Source of the DNA: Marsupella aquatica
Taxonomy: Eukaryota > Plantae > Marchantiophyta
DNA: 64,000 bases
Assembly (NCBI GenBank): GCA_973895155.1
Contig: OZ316896.1
Location: 15,224,684-15,288,683, forward strand
Direction: 5' to 3'
The notes under the pieces are model-generated. The model did not search any database. It was not told the origin of the DNA and worked only from the letters and a program-made list of their open reading frames with translations. How positions within the stretch are numbered: the stretch's first letter is position 1; each line of letters begins with the position of its first letter. The position numbers and the translations under genes were made by a program. This document shows positions 53,331-64,000 of the stretch, piece by piece.

Positions 53331-54874
53331 ATGGTGGTGAATGTAGGTGTAACGAAAAAGGTGCTAGGAATATTTCTTATCTAAATTTCCTAGGTTATTT
53401 TTGACTGTGCAGATCTCCCTAGATGTAAGGATAAGATTAGATTCTGGCTAATGGGGTCCCTGGCTAGGTGGGAAACTGGCTACTGAAAGACAAAACGACA
53501 TTGCACTAAATATTAATGAATAATGCAAAAGCAAATATTATTCTTTCAAGAGTTCACAAACACTCTAAAATATTTTGTTTGTTGTGTCCAAAATTTCCAT
53601 AATTACTTATTTATTGCGCAAACTAGGATGACACTCTGGTTTGGCTGAACTTTCGTATAGATTGTGCTGGAGGCCCTAAGATTGCCCCCAAAATTATTGA
53701 CAAACCTAATTTGTCAATATCAAATGAGCTCTAGGTACCGGGCCTGAGATCAAAGCTATGTTCCTTCACTGGCTTAGTTATTGCCAGGTCATGCCGTTTA
53801 ATGCTTTCATTACCTTATTCGCTTGAATCACAAATTGGCATGTATGAATATGGCCACTATCGGAATAAGCACCCTTGCTGATTCACACGGGATTCCACGT
53901 GCCCAATGTTACTCGGGTTAGAGCATAAGCTTGTAATGCTTTCGGTTACTGGACTCTCACCATCTAGGCTGCAGGACTCAACTGCTTCGCCTAGCAACAC
54001 AATGCTTCTCTAGCTCCCCCACAACCGATCACAATACCCTGAACAATATGGTTTGTGCAAGGGTTTTTTTTATAATAAGTGCACTCATTTTACTGACTTC
54101 GATTGCTTTTTGAATACTCTCGACGGGATGCCTTAAGCTCTGACCCGAGGTTTAAGGGTATAGCAGCAGCGCCCAATGTGACAATCCTGACTCCAGTTAA
54201 CACTATTTTTGACAGTGTGAAAGCCATGACCAACTGCACCATGAATGGCTGTACTTTCAGCCTAAATTTTGGCCCACACGGAGGAGGAGGACCTGGAGGG
54301 GGCCCATTTGGATCTCCATTCAATTAAGCAACCAGGATAGAGTGATTGGAATGTAATAGCCTGTGAGGCACCATAGATTATGTTACATTATGTACATTAC
54401 AGAGTAGATATATTACAGATTGTAGTTTGATAGAATCATAACATACGCATATTACATAGTAGAGATAGTAGAGATTGTAGTCTGACAGAACCATAGCCTA
54501 CAGACATTGCCTTCTAGGCGTTCACTATAGACATAGACCATTCATATCATTCATTTAGACTCTCATGAGTCATTGAAATGTAATTTCTGTTTACAGCTAC
54601 CAATAAAGTTTCACCCCTAATATGGGATTTCTTTTTACTTTCAAAATTTTCTGATTTCAAATTCTGCCAACTGGATTTCATAAACCTACCGCGTACAAAT
54701 ATTCTCCCAAAATACAAATACCCGCATACAAATACAGTGAAAATTTATTAAATATAAACATGCCCACATGGCATGAACTGGTTGGCCAGGAACGATAAAC
54801 ATTACCCCACAATCCTTAACGTGTACAACATTGTGCACAATACTCTTTGCAATCATTTCTAGGATCCATCAAAT

Positions 54875-55218
54875 TGTTAGATATTGCTCTAGTCTTGTGA
54901 CTCATAAGCTAACCACAGTTATTCTAACTCGGGTTAGGACTTAGCTAATGTTAGCGGTAGTGTTGTTGTGCATATAGCCAGGGCTGATGCCAGACCCTGG
55001 TGGAACTTAGGCTCATTGTTACGGAGCTAGTTGAGAGATAGGGAGAGCTTGTGCTGTGGATGCTTGGTATGGCCGGTCGGCCTAGAGTGCAGTAAAGCTC
55101 TTATGTGTTCCCGCGGACGTAGCCTCATGTGGAGGTGAACCACGTATCTCTCTGTGTCGACTCTTGTGCGTTGGATGGTTCATGGGCTTGCCGTTGCGAA
55201 TGTCGTCTATGCTCAACA
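54875..55218 (+). mobile_element. Solo LTR, 344 bp, Ty1/copia-like, TSD CAAAT
   Basis: TGTTAG...CAACA termini; caaat at 54870-54874 and 55219-55223. The internal gacgtagcc...gtgaaccacgta motif is typical of plant copia LTRs. Confidence 0.85.
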
Positions 55219-56643
55219 CAAATTACTTAACTAGAGTTCAGCCAATTAGTTCAGTCTATTGTGGCCACATAACTTTGGTGATGGCCCGGTTAATTTGGGT
55301 CTGTCCCAACTTCTGATTCTGCATAGGGGAAAATATTATTCTGGGGTCTTTCCAACTTCTGGTTCTGAGTAGGGGAGGTGATCAGTTTGTCATGGATATA
55401 CTATCCATATATCTATGTATGTATGTATGTGTACTGGACTGTGCTATTGTAGCCCAGTTATCCTGTATTTGCACAATATTGTCAATAGAAAGTGATGTTG
55501 AGTGGAAGTGTTATAGAGATGGTCTGGCAGTTGGACACTACAGGCAGTACTCGACAAATCCCCACGTAAATCATGGGCGAGCTGGGGGAGAGTGATGGTT
55601 GGGTGTGTGAAACGTGCCCTAAAGATCAAACATCCAAAAGTCACACCATATAAGACCTTGTTTATGGCAGTGCTTTGACAAGTCCTATGGACTTACATAT
55701 CTGCTATGGTGCTTCCAATATCAGACCTGACAAAGCTGGAGTCAATGTAAGATGTTATTGAAAATTTTATCTTATTATTGTGACACACTAATAATATCCT
55801 TTTCCCGCAACAGCAACACAACAGAAAAACAACTGTGTATAACAGTGTTGTTTTAAGATTTTTCAATTCAATACAGCTATCCCAGGATATAATGTTCTAC
55901 TGCTTAAGACCGTGCAGTATTTAGATGCTATACTAAGCATATTGAGGCTTGGAACCTCCAACTTCTTTGTATGATTACAATATTTCTTGCTACCCAAATC
56001 TCAGGCCAGAGCACTATGATTTCTTTTGGAGATTACAACACTATACATGGTAGAGGATGGATGACCAAGCATCACTCCTACTTCCTTAGAACAAAACACC
56101 CAAGTCTTAAGCTTGATACTACCTTCTTGAAATTATATACCTTGCAATTTTTATACACAAATATGACAAGACGACCCTGAAAATCCTCTTTATTATCAAC
56201 ATGGAAATTTTCCTTACAAAAATGTCCTTCAACATATTATTTCTATGCTACAAGCTCTACAAGTGATACAATCAATAAATGTTTTCAATATGGAACCAAG
56301 TTTGCTTGATCAAAATGTTGTCACATGAGCAATCCTGTCATCTTGTGTCGTCAATATCTAGCTAGCTAATGTCCCACTTGCATTTTATATTTCTAAATCC
56401 ATGCCTCAATAATGTCCATTGCCTACTTTAACTGAAATTTTCTTGTTCATGCAAGATGTGTGGCTTATTGAACAAAAATGCTGAGATTATGTTTGCTTCA
56501 AAGAATTCATCTAAGCGGAAACTACTGGAGAAACTTACTAGCACATTCAATACTATACACCATGGAAGAGTGGCAATGGGCCAGGAAGTAATGATTTAAT
56601 AATTCATTCTTGAGACCATAGATGTAGCTCTGTGTCAATCTTC

Positions 56644-59600
56644 TTATGAGTAAAACTCATCAGAGGAAAGAGGCTGGATATCACCCTCATCTAGGTACTC
56701 AATCCTGAAAATAAATCATAAATGGTATTAGTTCTGTGAATAGCTATTAATTCAACAAAGCCTAATTTACTAAAGAAAGGCTCACACAAGGAGAGGTGAA
56801 AGGCTTAAAAACACTTCTCAATGAGTTCTATAAAGGATCAAAAACTTGCCTTCGAGAGCAAGTTGAGAATGGGGTCAAAGGGGTGAATGTATTCACTCCA
56901 CTATGTTCACCAAAGTCTTGAATGAGATTAGAGAATATGATGTTGTGGCAATTTTGATGCAAAGTATCTGAAGCACGTTTTCCATTGGAAGTTTCTTGAT
57001 TCATTAGTGAACTAATGTTGTCTCCCTCCTGATGCTTGCCCTCCAATAAGGATATGCTGGAAGGATTTTCGCTTTCGTCACAAACACATGATGCCCCCGA
57101 TATCACAATTATGTTTTTAATGTTCCCAAGTGCCACCATTTCTGTAGTGTGAGGTAATTGAGGGGAGGGTGGTTGAGGCTTGTCACTAAAATCTTGAATT
57201 TCCTCTATTCTTGGCTGGCAATGAGTTGGAAATGGGGTCTTTGCAAAGGGGTCTGTTATTGATGTGTTATCAATCACAGCTGCATACACCTCCAAATTTC
57301 AATATCTGGTCAGAAAGACACAAAACAGCCACTCAATGAAATTACATACCACAAAGCATTATAACTTAATATATGTGATTTAATGACGTAAAATAAATCA
57401 AAATACAGAATATGATGTGACATATCTATAAATGCCATTGCTTAATTTTTGCCATATTTTGATATGCCACCTGTGATTTTTGTGAATTTTTCCTTTCTAA
57501 CACATCTCATTTGCTAGTATAGTTTGAGTTATTCCATAATTTTGAGATGTTGGTCTCCCTCTATTGAATCCTCTCTTGAATTTTTGCACCGAGTCTTCAA
57601 TTCCAAGGAAATAGTTAGATATTTATCAAGAGCGGCTAGATATGTATGAATATGTCAAGCTGAAATTTAATTCTGACCAAACTAAGAAAATTTTAATTGG
57701 TTAATTGTGCAAATATAGTTGCAAATTATCAGGTGAGATGTTCAAGAAAGGAGAGTGAATCTGTCAATATCAAACTAAGTCTTGTTCATTCACCTCTAGT
57801 GACACTGAGTTTTGACAAACACTGCTGAACATTTAATTTGTCAAAATTAGGTGATGTTGTTTAAACTATTCTATGCAGAGTCATTAGTGTTTGACTAGGT
57901 CTTTTAGGCGCTTTAGAGTAACTTAGATGAAGAAAGAAAAACATTTATATGAGAGGCACTTAGATTTACTTACATGAGTTCGGAGGGGTGCGAATTGGTG
58001 GAAGTTTCTTGCAGAAACCTTCTGAACTGGGCCTTGGACTTCTTGTGACGGTAGGACTTTCTGTTCTATCGTAGTTTTCATTACTTAATTCCAAAACTGT
58101 GGGCCCTTCTTTGGCTTCATGTCCCAACTGCACAAAAGTTTTGAGCATTGTATGGTTATTGATTCTTATATGCAATGTGCAAGTAGCCCTCTCTAATGCA
58201 TGTCTTCTTAAATTTCAGCATGATTTTAAATTTCAGTCCCATGCTTTCTACTCGGTTGTCACATACTTTCTTGACATGGATTATTTTAGGGACAATCAGC
58301 ATCACGTGATTCTCATCCATATAGTCTAAACTGGACATTTAAAATTATATTAAAAGTAAGATAAAACTATGAGTTTCTGGGAAAAGTGTTCAAATGAACT
58401 TTTGTTTTTGCATATACAGTGTCACAAAGTAACATCAGCCTTCTTTTTTTGCCTTGAAAACATCAGCTTGCTAGATCATGCAAAAACAACATCTAAATAG
58501 AATGAAATGATAATGAGCAATGTATCAACTTTCAACGTTGGCAAAATTCTAAAATTGACAACCTACTTAATCAATTGACATTGGTCTCAGTCTGACCCCT
58601 CACCTCTATTGAGGTATCTTTGTTCTCTTCTTTGGTGCATTCTAATGGATATGAGAATCCACCCACTTGATCCTGCAGAGAATGTAAAACTCCGCCATAG
58701 TTCATAATCTTTTCAGCTGTCACCTTTATGGCAAGTTTGAGTGAGCTTGCTTCTTGGATTCCTAAGATCTCGTCTAAACCAGCTAAGGTACCAACCAGTC
58801 CATTTGTACTCCGAAACAATGGTGATTCTTGCACCACATGTTGTACTTGTGGAATTTGTTGAGGCAGGCTTTCATGATCTTCTTCCTTTTGCGCATCCTC
58901 CTCGGTAGGGTCCTTGGTCTGTGATGGATTCAAGCCAAGAGTAATACATCAAAATTGGACCAGATCCGTGTACCCCTGGAATAGTAGCTGCATGTCGTTT
59001 GGGCATTACTGTGCTTGACAACAAGCAATCTTATGTAGGCCTAAGAGCAATGAAAGGCAGTCCATTCAAAATGATAGAATTAAAATATGACATTGGTTTA
59101 TGAAATTGAACTTCAATGAACACCATGCCCCAAATCCTATGCTGTTAGAATTCTAGGTTTAGCACGATGCTATGTAGCATGGAATGGTCTAAAAACACTG
59201 AATATCAAAACAAAATATCAACATTGGTATGGATGAAATGTCAAGAATCACATGGCCTCTTAGCTCCTTCTCAAGAGTAGTTTTGTTCTCAGAAGCTCCA
59301 AAATTTGTTAAATCTTGACATTACTCTATGGCAACAAGCAAGGCATCATGAAAGTTGAAAGTTGAATTGTGTTTCTAGCCTCAATGTCAGAGGACAAGGA
59401 CATTCCCATGTCATGTGTGATTTCCTGATAGGGTTTAAGTTTTTTTGTCATTTAACTTTCCTTTGAATCATGGCAAATTATTTCAAATTGTCTTTGTAAG
59501 TCATGATCTATTCTCTTTTTTCCCCTATCATCCATAGTAGTGATTTTTGTACAATTGATAAGGTGTTTAATTATGGTGTCATTTATAGAGGAGAGGGTCC

Positions 59601-60294
59601 AATTTCCTTGGAAGTGATGGTTTTATAGGCTGAACCCAACTGCACTGTGCATGCTTGCCACCATTAAGCTTCCCATATTTCACCTCAGTACTATCCAAAG
59701 CATTGTTTCAAAAGCCTTTAAATTAGACTCATTGTAAGAGTTCACGCTCAAATAGTGGCAAGAGATACATAATAAACCTGAAGTCTGATTACCGTTAGCA
59801 GAGTAATGTGGCATGGCAAACATGTGACATTGTTGTGTTCAACCTTAGAATATATGAAGTTGTGGACAGATTATACAAGTTCATGCTTTTCTTATTTTGA
59901 AAATGTGCACACAAGTATAACAATGTTAGGTTTCCACTGGCTCATGAATTGTGCATCCAACAATGTCAAATGTCATAGGGAAACTTTATGAAAATGAAGC
60001 TGGAAAGGTATGAGTTTTGTTAGTGTGTCAACTTACTTGAGGAGATTCAACAAGAGGGCCTTGCAATCCATCACTCAAAGCAAGATTCGAATGCAGCAAA
60101 GGATTGTCAAGGTCAGTGTTGTTGACGCCACAAGATGGTCCATTACATTGTGTGCCGACAAGACAGACAAGGCCGTGATTACTTAGAGCTGCTTCATGGG
60201 CTTTTAAATGTGATTCGGGGGATCCAACATGTACAACCACTGTCTGAATTCTTGAGGGTTTTGAGACGTCCTCTTTTGAAACTCCACACCCCAT
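56644..60294 (-). CDS. Unknown 405-aa protein with N-terminal MGCGVSK myristoylation/palmitoylation motif, 5 exons
   Basis: Exons 60294-60037, 58918-58604, 58127-57974, 57279-56850, 56704-56644 join in phase (1218 nt, no internal stop). The last intron uses an AG|GCAAGT donor. Confidence 0.7.
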
Positions 60295-63200
60295 AACATA
60301 AGCCCACCTTCAACAATTTTATCTTCAAAGTGTCGTAATGGTTTGGAGAATTCTCCAGCTAACATTCTTCTCTTGGAAACAAATACTGAGAGAAAATCCA
60401 AAAGAACTCCCGGGTCCACAAATTGCTCAATATCTTTACTTCTGCCATGAAACCAATTCAATGCTTTAAGCTACCAAATTATTTCCTACGAGTCAAACCC
60501 CAAGTACACTGAAAAGATTCTCCTTCTTCTTTTGTGAATTATGATTTTATGCTCTTTTATCCTGGCTGTTTCCAAACTGAGGCCAAGTGTCACCACACAT
60601 ACTCAAGCCAGCAAGGAGCACATTTAGAGTTAATGTACTGGAATCGCAACTGACAAGGAGTGACTGAGAGTTCACTTAGCATAAATACCCTTGACACAAT
60701 TCCTGGTTTTGTTGTGAGAAGAATGATGAGTACGACCTGTACTACAGTTAAACAGTACTTGTTGTCTACTGTCTCCAGACGAAAATGGGAAAGGGTTAAT
60801 TTCATACAAGTGACTTGCTTTTTGTGTGAGTTTGAAAAAACTAGAAAAGTATCACAATAATGAGAGGGAGATATTAATTAGTCCCTAAGCAATTGTTTCT
60901 CCAAAATCATTGGGTTTTCCTTACCAGGTCTTCTGTCTTGAAAATTTGCCTCTCTACAGTCTTCCCCCAAACAGGTGCATTGTGCTTGAAAATGAAATCT
61001 TTGGGTCCTGTGACAGAAAACAGATTCAAACTCGAACACGATGTCTTTTTCAACACAACACCAAGGAGCTGTGTTCAAATGTTGGTGTTGTGTTCGAGTT
61101 GGATACTATGTTTGAGTTTGACCCTAAATGGTTCTACATTGAGCACAATTCAGGAATCACATGATAATGCCAATATTCAAACACATGGCCAATATTCAAA
61201 TACAACATGCATCTTTAACCACAAAGCCTTGCAAAATATAAAAAATGAAAACACAATCAAAACTTGAATACAACCCCAGTGGCACACTATTCAAATAGAA
61301 CACCCCATGGCCCACTATTTGAGTACAAGGCCATGAAGGAAAGACTGTAGTTATTTCTTTATTTCCTTCTGAGCCTCATTATATGCAATAGAGCTCATCA
61401 ATTTCAATATCCGGGTCTCTTAAACTGAATTCTAATTCAAGGTCCAGTTTTAAATTGTTCTCTTCCGAATCCTCTACTAATGTTCTCATCGTCCCAGACC
61501 TAAGAAATGATTTTTAGAATTACCTTGGGAAGTAGCCCTGAGTTGAAAGATGATGTCTTGTGGTTCGTCCCCCATCCCCTTGTGAAACTATAAACGTCAC
61601 ATCTGTCACCTGACCTCACTTGCCCAACTTTAATCAAGACTTATTTGTTTGTTGTTTTTGTTTTGAATGCAACTCTTTACCGAAAAATAAAAAGCAATAA
61701 AAGAAACAGTAAGGCCTCAAACCGCTCGTGTCACTTGTTAGGCCCGGATCTACCAGATCCATTTATAGGGGATTTGTCCTGAAATGGTGGATGAGGCTGG
61801 TGGATGAGGCTGGTGGATGAGGCTGGGATCCTAGAGGACGGACTGGACTGTGGAGAAGGGAGAAGTTTTGGAAGCTTTCCCCTTGTATAGTGCCAGAATT
61901 AGGAAAACAGACAGATACAAGCTGCTGCAAACTGTGATAAGTCACTCATGGAGGATTCCGACTGTTACATTGTTAAAACTTCATTCACTCGTCCAATGAA
62001 ACCACACTCGTACAGCTTTCTGTAGGACCATAGATTGACTCCTCATCACAGAATGGAAAAAGTAAGATCATGATTTCATTTTTGCTTTGGTCCACTTACT
62101 CGGAATTGTATGTGAATTCCTGGCATCGAGGTGCAAGTTTTCCTGTGATTGCTAGCAGTTGGAAGGGTTGATTGTGTTTAGTGCAAAAATACAATGCGAG
62201 CACAGTTATGCAAGGCCATACACTATTGCCATCACTTCGCTCGTATTTGCTGAAGTTGTGTAGCTACAGTACTTCTTCCAAGCTTAAGGAGACGTGGTAT
62301 CATTTTCAAGCCTCAAGAACCTTAAAAACCTTCACAGCTGACGGTGAGGAAACTCATCCACCCAAGCCTCATGAAAAGACACTGCGAGCTTTCCAGGTGA
62401 CGTATGAAATAATAAACTCGATGAAGCACATTGACATGAACGATCCCTCCACTGCAAAAGTCAAACCTAGATGGAAATTGACGTCTAAAATGGCTTCTGG
62501 AACCCCGTTACTTGAACAAGTGACCGGTACGTTTGATTGATACTAAAGCTGCTAAGTTGCAAGTCAGGGAGCGACTGTTCGCTACAGCAGCGACGAACCA
62601 ACCTGATACTGAACCCACATTCGACTTACTAGTTCGAATCTGGCTTTTATGCGAGTCCCTACCACATATTGAAGAAAGGGTTCAGAATGGTGTCCATGTT
62701 GCGTTAGGGACTGTCAGCCCGGCCTACTCAAACGCTGGCATGAGTGAAACACTTGGTAAAATGATAGGCGGATGACTCTCCACCTTCCACTTTTCCTCTC
62801 GTCTTCTGCTCCTCGTCTGCACCAAAGTAGCACAGGATACTTGTGGAAGGAATAGGCACATGTAAGTAATGAAACCTCGAAACGGACAGCGGTCACGGGA
62901 GAGGGGAAGAACAATTGCTTCAGTTAAAAGGAGACACAAAACGCATCAAATATTAGTGAGCAACACGGGAGACGTTGTATGGAAACTATTCCAGCTGTTG
63001 CGAGTCAAAATGAGACGGAGTTGACCCACAACATACTGGAAGAGCCAAAAATTAGGAAGAATTTGAATTACAAACAAAATGCAAAAATTCATCTACTTCA
63101 TGCACTCCAGGTACTTGTGCAAAAGCGACTGCATACAAGATTCACAAGAAAGCGTCATATCCTTATCAGCTACGGCATTGAAAAACAACCTCCACGTACT

Positions 63201-63774
63201 GTCAAGGAGGTGACATATAGTCCATGACAATGATCAGAAACATGTCAAATCAATGGTTCGAGCTTCCCAATCTCTGTCAAAGGTTCAAAGGGAGTAGCTG
63301 AATAACACCGAGGTTTAACTTTGCCCAGACTACCAGCCCCAAATAATTTTAGGTACGCTCAAGAGAAGAAGTTGAGAAGTTCAATTCATACAAATTCTAT
63401 ATTTTGATAAAATCCCCTAAAGCAAAATAACCAATTGGTTAAGAGAAGTATACTGTGTCACGGGAGAAGAGATAAATAGGCTAGAGAAGGACGAGATGAA
63501 GAACGAGATGAAGGACCACCATCTGATGCCCCATTATAATCAATCCCGCTTCTCTCTTGATTGAAAACCATATGTCCACACTTCACAAGTAGCCACTCGG
63601 GATAGTGCTCAAATTTTGCATTGTCTAAACATGATGCATTGGGCTCATTTCAAGATTTGCTCCTGTGGGGAAAGAAATAACACATGCACAAGAAGCAAGG
63701 AGAAAGCTGAATTTTAATTACATAATTGAAACTAGTACTGGTATTGATGCTATCAAAATGAATCAATACATATG

Positions 63775-64000
63775 CTATAACATTTGCTGCACGAATCCCA
63801 GGTTAAGGGTATCTCGCACCATCAAAACAATTCCCAAAGCAAGTAAGAGCAAGACACCTGACGACATGATGCCCTGCTCCACTCCATCAGGGAGCTTCTT
63901 GCCACCTCTCAGAGCTTCCAGGAGGACGAAGGCCAAGTATCCACCGTCCAGAGCAGGCAATGGAAGAATATTAACTATAGCTAAATTGATGTTCACAATT
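63775..64000 (-). CDS. 3' end of an RseP/AraSP-like membrane zinc metalloprotease (peptidase M50); partial, runs off the window
   Basis: NINLAIVNILPLPALDGG (the N-x-x-P-x-P-x-LDGG motif) followed by EALRGGKKLP and a TM helix ending in RDTLNL. Confidence 0.88.
   Translation of the reverse strand, partial: IVNINLAIVNILPLPALDGGYLAFVLLEALRGGKKLPDGVEQGIMSSGVLLLLALGIVLMVRDTLNLGFVQQML

Noticed and set aside
60400-63700. Short ORFs (60-124 aa)
   Set aside because: No motifs or exon phasing; likely UTR or intergenic sequence between the M50 protease and the MGC gene.

Overview
Eukaryotic land-plant genomic DNA with spliced genes; the gene and TE style suggests a bryophyte such as a liverwort, but that is inference. 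The left half (1-32 kb) holds one intact 9-exon CYP85-clan cytochrome P450 on the minus strand and two decayed tandem paralogues. One paralogue is split by a ~12 kb nest of transposon pieces: a CACTA-like end, a 4.66 kb TG..CA element with a 5-bp TSD and a ~1120-codon antisense frame, a Ty3/gypsy integrase with a C-terminal PHD finger, and a MULE remnant. The right half is gene-rich: ORC4 (probable U12 intron, upstream inverted E2F sites), an unknown intronless ORF, RBM25, an unrecognised 5-exon gene with an MGCxxS acylation motif, and the 3' end of an RseP/AraSP-type M50 protease. MITEs, a solo LTR and minisatellites are scattered throughout. All calls come from reading the sequence by eye; no searches were run, and coordinates marked ~ are approximate.
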